IMG/VR virus record: IMGVR_UViG_2648501563_000004
Strand: one strand, 5' to 3'
Length of the DNA stretch: 41,388 bases
DNA from: a virus
Part shown: piece after piece, positions 30,819 to 38,554 of the stretch
Layout: every line of letters starts with the position of its first letter
Numbering within the stretch: the stretch's first letter is position 1
The notes under the pieces: generated by a model
What the model was told of the DNA's origin: nothing
The model's database searches: none
Seen by the model: the letters and a program-made list of their open reading frames with translations, nothing else
Position numbers and translations under genes: made by a program

Positions 30819-31362
30819 CAAGACCTATGGTGAATTGATGCTTGAGGCTCGCGCTCAAACAGGTATCCAAGAAGTTGGCGAAACTTCAGAAGCTCTTATG
30901 GGTAAATTCAAGCTCATCATCGAGGAAGCTGTCCAAGGTAACTATGATAAGGGCATTAAAGGTCGTTATTATATTCATATTTGGGTAACAAAAGAGCCTT
31001 ATGCTAATAATGCACTTCGTATTTATCCCCAATGCAGACGCACAAGACCATCGCCATATCAGGGTAACGATCACTATTTATGGAGTGTAGACGACGGTGG
31101 AAAAGTGACTTTTGAATGGTGCATACCAAAGAAAGAAGTGCTGAATTACATCCTCCAAAACCCCAACGAATTTGATGTAAATTACGTTAGAATGCTTCGT
31201 AAATATGTCAAAGACACACTAGAAAAACCTCAAGATTATCTTGTTGATAAGAAATACGCCCTAGATAAGCCTAAAGATAAGATCATTCAATTTGATCAAC
31301 AAGATGAAAAGAAAATACAGGTTCTCAACAGCGTATTAGGCAATTTCAAAGAGACTACTTAG
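30802..31362 (+). CDS. Hypothetical head-module protein (186 aa)
   Basis: Long ORF between the portal and scaffold genes. No motif recognised. Confidence 0.6.
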   Translation: MVKGSNKTYGELMLEARAQTGIQEVGETSEALMGKFKLIIEEAVQGNYDKGIKGRYYIHIWVTKEPYANNALRIYPQCRRTRPSPYQGNDHYLWSVDDGGKVTFEWCIPKKEVLNYILQNPNEFDVNYVRMLRKYVKDTLEKPQDYLVDKKYALDKPKDKIIQFDQQDEKKIQVLNSVLGNFKETT

Positions 31363-31537
31363 ATTCAACCCAATTCAACAATTTAGTTAACACAGGTATC
31401 AGAGCCTTCTTAACAGATTCGTCAGCTTTAATTTCAAACTCAGTCATAAATTCCATAGTGCCTTCTATAGTATAAATGACATTCTGCACTTTTTCGCTAG
31501 CCGTATAATACTTTATCAAATCCAATTCCTGCCCCAT
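31355..31537 (-). CDS. Small opposite-strand protein (60 aa)
   Basis: AAGGT RBS. It is convergent with 30802..31362, with an 8-nt overlap. Confidence 0.45.
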   Translation of the reverse strand: MGQELDLIKYYTASEKVQNVIYTIEGTMEFMTEFEIKADESVKKALIPVLTKLLNWVESK

Positions 31538-31596
31538 TTAATACCTTAAACTTTATTGTTGCTTTAAACCGTATCATACATTATATATCAATTTAT

Positions 31597-31616
31597 ACCG
31601 AACAAATCTGTTCGGT
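31597..31616. other. 8-bp perfect hairpin ACCGAACA-aatc-TGTTCGGT upstream of the scaffold gene
   Basis: Read directly from the sequence. It is followed by TCTT. Its function (terminator or leader structure) is unknown. Confidence 0.3.
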
Positions 31617-31659
31617 TCTTAGGCGCAAACCGAGATCTCGCCAGTCTCAAAGGAAATAG

Positions 31660-32364
31660 ATGGAACTTACAGAAGAGACCCAAACACCTGACGTGGTCGC
31701 CCAGGATGCAAGTAACCATGAGAAGAAGTCACCGCAAGAGAGTTTTGCGGAGCTTCGGAAGGCCAAGGAAGACGCTGACCGAGAAATCTGGCAGTTAAAA
31801 AAAGAGCGTGAATTGTTGGAAAAGCAAAGGCTAGCGCAAGCCACGCCCCAACAACCACAAGAAGAAGATTTTGACTATAGACAGTTAGAGCAAGAAGAAT
31901 TCCCCGATGGGAAGAAACTTGCTAAAGCTTTTAATTCGATGAATAAGAAAATGTCGAGTTATGAGCAGAAACTAGCTGAAAAAGAGAACAAAATCAAAAT
32001 GCTCGAAACAACTGCTGAGTTTCCCGATTGGAAAGACGTCGTTACTGAGGCCAATATACAGAAATATATCATGAGTGACGAAGACAATCGCGAATCTGTA
32101 GAGAAAGCCGCTAATCCTTTGAGAAAAGTCTATAATCTTATAAAGAAAGATGCTCGGTATCAGGCCGACAAAGCCCCTACCAAGCCTAAACCTATTTCAC
32201 AGGAACAGCAACGAGTCGATGATAAGGAAGGCAAGCCGAAGACAGGAAGTCTAGGAGTTCGCTCCGACGCTGTTAGTACTGCCGCAGCCGTTTCCAATTC
32301 AAAGATGTCTAAAGAGCAGCGTAATGCGCTCTGGGCTGAAACCCTACAAGCTTCACGACGTTAG
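31660..32364 (+). CDS. Scaffolding protein (234 aa)
   Basis: A charged, helical, Glu/Lys/Gln-rich protein encoded immediately upstream of the capsid gene. Confidence 0.6.
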   Translation: MELTEETQTPDVVAQDASNHEKKSPQESFAELRKAKEDADREIWQLKKERELLEKQRLAQATPQQPQEEDFDYRQLEQEEFPDGKKLAKAFNSMNKKMSSYEQKLAEKENKIKMLETTAEFPDWKDVVTEANIQKYIMSDEDNRESVEKAANPLRKVYNLIKKDARYQADKAPTKPKPISQEQQRVDDKEGKPKTGSLGVRSDAVSTAAAVSNSKMSKEQRNALWAETLQASRR

Positions 32365-32392
32365 TCTCCGTCTCCTATATTGGAGATAAACT

Positions 32393-32500
32393 ATGAGCGG
32401 TCCTACGACCACAAGCATACTTCCGCCAGCTGTACAACAACAGCTATCGATGAAGATGCTTGCTCGTCCTATGCCTGATTTGATTCATACAACCATGGGT
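32393..32500 (+). CDS. Major capsid protein, exon 1 (36 codons)
   Basis: GGAG RBS. MSGPTTTSILPPAVQQQLSMKMLARPMPDLIHTTMG resembles N4-gp56/HK97-fold capsid N-termini. The frame hits TAA at 32501, which is the first intron base. Confidence 0.8.
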
Positions 32501-33196
32501 TAAATATAGGGGTAGCCCATTTAAAATTTGGCTATTTGCTGGAAACTCCTAAAGCTTTCTGGTACACTGTTATTGACCGACAATAACATTGTAAAAATCC
32601 AGGAGATATATGGACAATCAGCAGCGAAGACTAGAAAAGGATAAAGCATGGTTCGCGGGAATCATGGAAGGAGAAGGTTCTTTTACTCTTGTTAAAGGTA
32701 AAAGGATTGATAAAGGTGAAGTAATTTACCGTTATATTCCTTCTTGTTGTGTAAGCAACACTGATCCAATGCTTATGAAAGAACTTGAAAGGATACTTAT
32801 AGAAAATGAGATCGACTTTAAGACTTATTATAGAGGTAAAAGACAGCCTACACATAAAGAAAGCTGGCAATTACATATAATTGGTATGAAGAGAAGTATC
32901 AAATTCATATCTTGGATAATTGATGAGTTAAGATGTGAAAAAAAAGTGAAAGCCCAAAAGATTTTGGAATTCTGCAAGATTAGAGATGAACAAATGACAG
33001 GATTTCACGGAATAAGATACAACGATAAAGAGTTAATCCTTTGTGAAGAAATAAGAGGCATTCAAAATTCTAGAACGCTCAACGACTATACGCCAAACGC
33101 CGAAAGGTGATGATATAGTCTGAACATACGCGAGAGCGTATGAGAGGGGAATAACAAGACCCTCCGCCTCGTAAGAGGTCATAAAAGTAACAGATG
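32501..33196 (+). mobile_element. Group I intron 1 (696 nt) with a sense-strand LAGLIDADG homing endonuclease gene
   Basis: P1 pairs AUGGGU (32495-500) with GCCCAU (32515-20), with a U.G wobble at the splice site. P10 pairs GGGGUA (32509-14) with UACCCC (33197-202). Omega-G is at 33196. The core has AACGACTA (33081) and ATAGTCTGAAC (33115), plus GNRA-capped helices. The 3' core resembles the T4 td intron as I remember it. Confidence 0.8.
32610..33110 (+). CDS. LAGLIDADG homing endonuclease (166 aa, single-motif type), intron 1-encoded
   Basis: WFAGIMEGEGSF is a LAGLIDADG motif. AGGAG RBS at 32601. The 3' end overlaps conserved intron core sequence. Confidence 0.85.
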   Translation: MDNQQRRLEKDKAWFAGIMEGEGSFTLVKGKRIDKGEVIYRYIPSCCVSNTDPMLMKELERILIENEIDFKTYYRGKRQPTHKESWQLHIIGMKRSIKFISWIIDELRCEKKVKAQKILEFCKIRDEQMTGFHGIRYNDKELILCEEIRGIQNSRTLNDYTPNAER

Positions 33197-33487
33197 TACC
33201 CCATAACGATGGATCAACAGGCCGGAGATATCCTACGTAGACGTAGATATCAAAACCTTGCTACAGCACCAGTGCCACTTGGCAATGGTATTGTAGACCC
33301 GCCAGCGCAACAATTAGTTGCTTTGGACATAGATGCTAGAATTGATTGGTATGGTACGTATTTAATACTTCAAGAGCAAGTGATGCTCATAAATGAGGAT
33401 CCGGTCCTCAATAGCGCTGTAAGCGTATTAGGACAGTCTCTTCGAGAAACTGAAGATCAGCTAGCGCGTTCGATGATGGAAGGGGGT
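33197..33487 (+). CDS. Major capsid protein, exon 2 (97 codons)
   Basis: YPITMDQQAGDILRRRRYQNLATAPVPLGNG...IDWYGTYLILQEQVMLINEDPVLNSAVSVLGQSLRETEDQLARSMMEGG follows the capsid pattern (..f.R...l......l.eG; yG.y..l.d.....a.dpvl......lg.q..et.D.l.r). It is in frame with exons 1 and 3. Confidence 0.8.
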
Positions 33488-33540
33488 AAAATGTGTGCTC
33501 CCGTTAAATCTTGGGTGATTGACTTGGAAATCCTAGCTGC

Positions 33541-33993
33541 TTAATCAGTAGGAAGACAAGGCGGAACTGTTAGACCACGTTGATTAAGAGGTTTTATGCG
33601 TTCATATAGTGATTTACGATATTCAGCAGTTTCTTTTGAGATAGGACATTCTCTTTTCAAAAAAGATTCTTTGAATTTAATTGCTATTTCGCATTGTTCC
33701 TTTTTAGAAACTAAAAATGGAAGGAGATTACGCAAAACTTCGAGGCATTCATTATTTTGAAGTCTCCAAACATAAGTTGTTTTCCAGTTAATCTTAGTTG
33801 ATCGACTGGCAGAAGTTATAGGACGGCTATAGCCGCCAATATTGGTTTCTAACCAATCTATCAACTTCTTACAATTATTGTAGACTTCAAATGTGAGATA
33901 ATGACGATTCAATCTCTTATAATGAAAGATTGAGATTGTTCCTTCTCCATCAATAATGCCGGCTAAATAAGCGTATTTTTCAATATGATTCAT
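33541..33993 (-). CDS. LAGLIDADG homing endonuclease (150 aa, single-motif type), encoded antisense within intron 2
   Basis: YLAGIIDGEGTISIF is a LAGLIDADG motif. GAGGT RBS. It has its own promoter at 34016-34044. Confidence 0.85.
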   Translation of the reverse strand: MNHIEKYAYLAGIIDGEGTISIFHYKRLNRHYLTFEVYNNCKKLIDWLETNIGGYSRPITSASRSTKINWKTTYVWRLQNNECLEVLRNLLPFLVSKKEQCEIAIKFKESFLKRECPISKETAEYRKSLYERIKPLNQRGLTVPPCLPTD

Positions 33994-34015
33994 GTTTACC
34001 TCATGGTTGGTGAGA

Positions 34016-34044
34016 ATAATAACATTTTAGTGAAATAGAGTCAA
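34016..34044 (-). promoter_or_regulatory. Near-consensus sigma70 promoter for the antisense homing endonuclease gene
   Basis: On the minus strand: TTGACT (complement of 34039-44), a 17-nt spacer, TATTAT (complement of 34016-21). It lies about 22 nt upstream of the ATG at 33993. Confidence 0.55.
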
Positions 34045-34183
34045 CAAACTAATAGACCGTGAACGACTAAGTCCCGAGACACCCGAAAGGGTGAAGCGAT
34101 AGTCTGAACTCTATGGTAACATAGAGAGGGAGATCCGAAGAGGTTTCCCCGCCTAGAAATAGGTCACAAAAGTAACAGAACTG

Positions 34184-34747
34184 GCACCTCCAATTAATTG
34201 TACCTCTGGTACTAATGGAGACAATCCTACGAATATCAGTGCATTAGACTGTAGCAAAGCCGTTCGCTTATTGCGTACAGCAAACGCTCAGTTCATTATG
34301 GACTTGATCGAAGGGGAAAATAAGTTCGGAACAGCCCCTGTGCGTACATGCTTCTTTGGCCTGACTCATACAAATTTGAGTGCAGACTTAGATCAGTTGG
34401 CTGGTTTTCAGAACGTTAGCCAGTATTCGAATACAGCTAACTTGCTTATGGCCGAGTGGGGAACAATTAGAAACATTCGTTTCTTGTTGTCTTCAGTAGG
34501 TAGTATTAGTGTTGCAGCTTCTGCAAATGGTCAGGATGTGTATAACATATTCCTACCAGGACAAGAAAGCTATGATATGGTTGATTTGGACGGCTATAGC
34601 GCCCAATTCATCTATGCACCGCCAGAGATTGCTTCACCTCGCTTGAGATTGTATCAAACAGCAGGTTGGAAGATGGCGCAAGTGTTCAACATCACGAACA
34701 CATCTTGGATCGTAAACCTACGCTGCACTCTTGCAGTGGCAATTTAA
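34184..34747 (+). CDS. Major capsid protein, exon 3 (187 codons plus stop)
   Basis: The frame is open from 34181. APPINCTSG...AVRLLRTANAQF...TCFFGLTH...YQTAGWKMAQVF is the C-terminal part of a capsid-like protein. The ORF track shows only the part from the internal TTG at 34271. Confidence 0.8.
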   Translation, partial: APPINCTSGTNGDNPTNISALDCSKAVRLLRTANAQFIMDLIEGENKFGTAPVRTCFFGLTHTNLSADLDQLAGFQNVSQYSNTANLLMAEWGTIRNIRFLLSSVGSISVAASANGQDVYNIFLPGQESYDMVDLDGYSAQFIYAPPEIASPRLRLYQTAGWKMAQVFNITNTSWIVNLRCTLAVAI

Positions 34748-34758
34748 GGAGGTAACAA

Positions 34759-35838
34759 ATGACTTCAATTCTTACCTCAGGTTCGTTTACGAATGTAGCC
34801 TCTACACCATTTTTCATACCTTTGGAGCAACATGTTAGTTATTTTAAATTAACAAATGCTTCAAAATTAGCTTCCTATACATCGGCTAGAATTACTAATG
34901 CTGAATGGTGGGACTATATGGCAAATGGGATTGCTTTTGTTGATGCTCCTACAACTATCACAGGACCATTAAATGCAAGTGCGGTTATTAGAACGCAATT
35001 GGCTCAAAATGGTATTACAGTTGTTAAAGGTGGTGTTTATAGTCAAGGCGCAAGCGTTGCAATATCCAGTTTTTCAACAGGTACAACAACGGTATTCACA
35101 ACAGGTACAAATCACGGCTACCAAGTTGGTGATAATGTGCGAATTGTGAATTTAGCTTCTGCACCGCAAATGGGTGGATTAGTTATGACTGTAACGGCGA
35201 CAAATGGAAGTAATCAGTTTACAACTCTATTTGACTCAACTAATGCTGTAACAAGCACAGGAACAGTTTATAAAGTTGGTAACGTAGCATTCCAAAATTC
35301 TTCTTTGTATTACCCACAAAATAGAGCTATTGCAGGTATTACACTTGCAAATCCAATGGTTGTTAAAACATTGGTTCAGCAAAACTATCAAGTGGGCGAT
35401 GTTGTACGATTCCAAATCCCAACAGTGTTTGGAATGCAACAACTCGTTAGTGGTACAAATGGATTGCCATTGCAGTTTACAGTTTCAGCGGTAAATAATG
35501 CCGTTGGTACTCAAACTGTCACATTTGCTAACGTTGATAGCACAGCTTTCACCGCTTTTGCATGGGCTGCTGCTGCATCATATCCTTATGGATTGCCTAT
35601 CATGGTGCCACAAGGAGAGGGGAATACTAATTCTCTTTCAAATATAGTGCCTAGTCCATTACCTTATGCCAACCAAGATATTTTGGGTTTTGCAACTCAA
35701 AATCAAGCCTATAGTGGTATTTTGGTAGGTGCAGGGGACGGAACGGCAGCATCTTCGACTGGCGGCCTTATAGGAAGTACAACAGATACTTGGTATTGGG
35801 AAGCCCATACAAGTTTGCAACAATTTCCAGCTGTCTAG
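34759..35838 (+). CDS. Abundant head-associated protein (359 aa) with two beta-barrel (E1-FCCH-like) repeats; possible decoration/head fibre protein
   Basis: AAGGAGG RBS. It is co-transcribed with the MCP and followed by a strong terminator. The repeats are YQVGDNVRIVNLASAPQMGGLVMTV and YQVGDVVRFQIPTVFGMQQLVSG. Confidence 0.6.
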   Translation: MTSILTSGSFTNVASTPFFIPLEQHVSYFKLTNASKLASYTSARITNAEWWDYMANGIAFVDAPTTITGPLNASAVIRTQLAQNGITVVKGGVYSQGASVAISSFSTGTTTVFTTGTNHGYQVGDNVRIVNLASAPQMGGLVMTVTATNGSNQFTTLFDSTNAVTSTGTVYKVGNVAFQNSSLYYPQNRAIAGITLANPMVVKTLVQQNYQVGDVVRFQIPTVFGMQQLVSGTNGLPLQFTVSAVNNAVGTQTVTFANVDSTAFTAFAWAAAASYPYGLPIMVPQGEGNTNSLSNIVPSPLPYANQDILGFATQNQAYSGILVGAGDGTAASSTGGLIGSTTDTWYWEAHTSLQQFPAV

Positions 35839-35856
35839 CTTTAATAGGTGATAATT

Positions 35857-35884
35857 GAGGGGCTTCGGCCCCTCTTTAGTTTTA
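35857..35884 (+). terminator. Rho-independent terminator after the capsid operon
   Basis: GAGGGGC-TTCG-GCCCCTC (35857-35874) followed by TTTAGTTTT. Confidence 0.8.
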
Positions 35885-35898
35885 AAAAAAGGTATAAT

Positions 35899-36456
35899 AT
35901 GGCAAGATCAAAGAAACATAAAAAAGAGGTTAACATGAGCGAAGAGATCATCGAAAAAACAAATGAATTAGAGACTTTAGAAAGTGAATTGGATCGAGTA
36001 AGGCAAGAGAAAACACAATTACAGAATGAAATTAAAGAACTAGAAGAAAAGAAAAAGCTTGTGCCTCGCCGTGAAATTGATGAAGACGAAAAGGCTATCA
36101 TGGCTCGCATGGAAAAGAGGTCTCAGAATACATTAGGTTTAAAGGCAAAGATTGAAGCTCAAAAGGAAATAGACAATCAAAAAATCACAGGTCGTTTTAT
36201 GAATCGTAGAGCTCCGGGACAACCTGCAAAACTAACATACATGAAATATGAAGATGATCCTGTAAAATGGTATACATTCGAAGACAATAAAGTTTATACA
36301 ATTCCGAGGGGATTTGCAGATCAAATAAATGAGCACTATCACACTCCACATTTTGTTCAGAGAGCCGGAGAAATGGACCCGAATAAACCTCAAAGTGCTA
36401 TTCAAGAAGTTGATACGAGTAATAAGAAATATGCGTTTGTGGCAACTAACTATTAG
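35899..36456 (+). CDS. Coiled-coil basic/acidic protein (185 aa)
   Basis: The ATG at 35899 (MARSKKHKK..) is preferred, because the ORF-track start at 35848 lies inside the terminator. A long heptad-like region follows: ELETLESELDRVRQEKTQLQNEIKELEEKKK. Confidence 0.6.
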   Translation: MARSKKHKKEVNMSEEIIEKTNELETLESELDRVRQEKTQLQNEIKELEEKKKLVPRREIDEDEKAIMARMEKRSQNTLGLKAKIEAQKEIDNQKITGRFMNRRAPGQPAKLTYMKYEDDPVKWYTFEDNKVYTIPRGFADQINEHYHTPHFVQRAGEMDPNKPQSAIQEVDTSNKKYAFVATNY

Positions 36457-36461
36457 GTTTT

Positions 36462-36881
36462 ATGTCAGTAGTTTACTATCCGGGCTATAGTCAGGTTCAA
36501 GTGCAACAAAATCTCATTACTCAAACTATTTCATCTATTACTCAAGCATTTCCGGCAGTAGTCACTACAGTAAACAATCACCTTTATCCGGCTGGTGTCA
36601 ATGTCACATTTTTAATTCCTATTCAATTTGGCATGACCCAGCTGAATAATTTGAATGTGCAGGTAATTGGCGTGACAGATAACACGCTAACAATTAATAT
36701 AGATACAACAGGATTTACGCCCTTTTCATATCCTAGTCCACTTCCAAGCGCGTATACACCGCCTAGTGTTGTGCCAAACTCTAGCGGTTCTTATCTTCCC
36801 CCTTTACCTCTTCCATATGGCAATGAAACGAGCTTTGAAGGGGTAATATTTAACGCAGGGGAGCCGAGTAATCTAATATGA
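36462..36881 (+). CDS. Small structural protein (139 aa) with one E1-FCCH-like beta-barrel motif
   Basis: HLYPAGVNVTFLIPIQFGMTQLNNLNVQVIGVTDNTLTINIDTTGFTPF. ATGA overlap with the next gene. Confidence 0.6.
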   Translation: MSVVYYPGYSQVQVQQNLITQTISSITQAFPAVVTTVNNHLYPAGVNVTFLIPIQFGMTQLNNLNVQVIGVTDNTLTINIDTTGFTPFSYPSPLPSAYTPPSVVPNSSGSYLPPLPLPYGNETSFEGVIFNAGEPSNLI

Positions 36882-37930
36882 CAGCTTTAGTTGACTTAGA
36901 TATGATGAGAAATACGACACGAAGACTTACTGCCAGGTATACTCCAGCACAGATGACGGACACGCAAATTGATAAATATCTCAATCTCTTCATGACATTA
37001 ATGCTTCCAGAGCATTTTAAGAACATTAAACTAACGAAACCCTATGTATTTTACACGATTCCTAACGTAGATACATACGACTTTGTCTATCAAGGAGGAC
37101 TTGAGACGAATCCCGATGGTTCGCCAACACCGGGAAATATATTAATAAATCCTCCTGTCTATTGTCAGGGCTATATTTTGAGATACTATCAGGATAAGAG
37201 CATGTTTTATAATCGATGGCCTAAGCTGACTGTAAATCAGCAAATAGGCGTCGGAGATGGAACGGCAGGCCCTTATTCAGGAACTATACCGACATCAACA
37301 CCATTTTTAAGAGCACAAGTAGATATTTTTGGAAATGTAACAGAGGCCGGAGTCGTAATATCTGCTTTTGATAATTCAGGTTTTAATTATGTCATTACCG
37401 ATGTTCCGCTTGCGAATTCTAACGTAGGAAATCTAGTTGATAGTATTGGAAACGTGATTGGAACTGTAGATTATCTATCTGGAGCTTTTAGTTTCACAGT
37501 GAGCACAACGAGTATTCCAACATCAGCCACAATTTACGCCTCTGTAGTACCTTATCAGTCATCAAGACCCACAGATGTGATTTTCTATAACCAGCAGATT
37601 ACGTTTAGACCTGTTCCACAACAGATATATCAAGTCGAATTCCAGATCAGCCAACAACCCTTGCAGATGATTGCAGACAATAGTGCTCCTGAACTCGCGG
37701 AATGGTATCTTTTTATCTGTGCCGGAGCTGCAAAACTGATCTATGCTGAATTTCCAGATCCCGAAGGGATGGAATATCTCATGCCAATATGGCAAGAACA
37801 ATTACAATTAGCACAAAGACGTACATTGAAACAGCTAGGCACTCAACGCGCACAGACGATATTTAGCCAAACAGGTAGACCTTTGGCGGGTTATTTTCTC
37901 GGCACCCAATATTCCGGCTCAACTGGATAG
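36878..37930 (+). CDS. Virion protein (350 aa), possible head-tail adaptor
   Basis: Called from its position between the head and tail genes. No motif recognised. It ends at a TAG that is in frame with the next gene. Confidence 0.55.
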   Translation: MTALVDLDMMRNTTRRLTARYTPAQMTDTQIDKYLNLFMTLMLPEHFKNIKLTKPYVFYTIPNVDTYDFVYQGGLETNPDGSPTPGNILINPPVYCQGYILRYYQDKSMFYNRWPKLTVNQQIGVGDGTAGPYSGTIPTSTPFLRAQVDIFGNVTEAGVVISAFDNSGFNYVITDVPLANSNVGNLVDSIGNVIGTVDYLSGAFSFTVSTTSIPTSATIYASVVPYQSSRPTDVIFYNQQITFRPVPQQIYQVEFQISQQPLQMIADNSAPELAEWYLFICAGAAKLIYAEFPDPEGMEYLMPIWQEQLQLAQRRTLKQLGTQRAQTIFSQTGRPLAGYFLGTQYSGSTG

Positions 37931-37939
37931 GAGGTTACA

Positions 37940-38554
37940 ATTAGCTATAATCCTAATATCCCGATTGGGACAGATCCTATCCTACAGTCAGCCAAACAAA
38001 TGCGTGCTAATTTTAATGTGATTAATAACACATTTTCGAATGATCATGCCGGACTAACACAAGATCCGTCAATTGCCGGGCAACATTTTCAGATGACATT
38101 AAGACCTCAGGCATTAGATCCGACAACTGGAGCAAATCAAATCGCGATATACAACAAACTCGTATCCAGTATCCCAGAGTTGTTTTTCCGGCCACAAAGT
38201 AATGGAACTCCTATTCAAATGACATATCCGTCTATTTCTACAGGTTTACAATCGACAAATCCGGATGTTTATTTACCACGACAATATAGTTTTATGGCTG
38301 GTCCTTTTGTTATTTATGGAGGATTCATAGATAAATCAAATGTCACACAAGGGAATACAATAACTTTAAGCCCAAATACAACACTCTTAGTTGTTGAAAT
38401 AAATACTGCAAATTCGGAAATACCTTTATTTTCAAACTTAGGTGTTGTTTTTAATATAAATGCAATAAATATATCTGGTAATACTTTTCAATTAGATCTT
38501 GGTGGTGTCGGAGATAAATTTTTTGATATTTATTACACTGCGATAGGTATATAA
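37940..38554 (+). CDS. Tail-appendage paralogue A (204 aa), probably initiated at ATT
   Basis: AGGAGG (37929-34) lies 5 nt before ATT at 37940. The frame is open from 37931. The upstream-encoded SYNPNIPIGTDPILQSAKQ aligns with the N-terminus of paralogue B (PFDPNIPERFGDPLATSQ). The first ATG (38000) would delete this conserved segment. Confidence 0.6.
   Translation: MSYNPNIPIGTDPILQSAKQMRANFNVINNTFSNDHAGLTQDPSIAGQHFQMTLRPQALDPTTGANQIAIYNKLVSSIPELFFRPQSNGTPIQMTYPSISTGLQSTNPDVYLPRQYSFMAGPFVIYGGFIDKSNVTQGNTITLSPNTTLLVVEINTANSEIPLFSNLGVVFNINAINISGNTFQLDLGGVGDKFFDIYYTAIGI

Larger units (their letters stand above)
33488..34183 (+). mobile_element. Group I intron 2 (696 nt) with an antisense LAGLIDADG homing endonuclease gene
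   Basis: P1 pairs GGGGGU (33482-87) with GCUCCC (33497-502). P10 pairs GUGU (33493-96) with GCAC (34184-87). Omega-G is at 34183. The core has AACGACTA (34062) and ATAGTCTGAAC (34099). Helices show compensatory changes relative to intron 1. Confidence 0.75.

Noticed and set aside
32501-34183. Identical length (696 nt) of the two introns as evidence of a recent exact duplication
   Set aside because: The internal sequences differ greatly: the endonuclease genes are different and on opposite strands. Only the cores are similar. The equal length is most likely coincidental and depends on my predicted boundaries.
37928-37930. Genetic-code reassignment of TAG suggested by the in-frame TAG between two structural genes
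   Set aside because: TAG clearly terminates several other well-delimited genes (for example 10327, 32364, 35838, 36456, 30510). A perfect AGGAGG placed 5 nt before ATT at 37940 explains the upstream conserved codons by re-initiation. Occasional read-through is left as the alternative in the finding.
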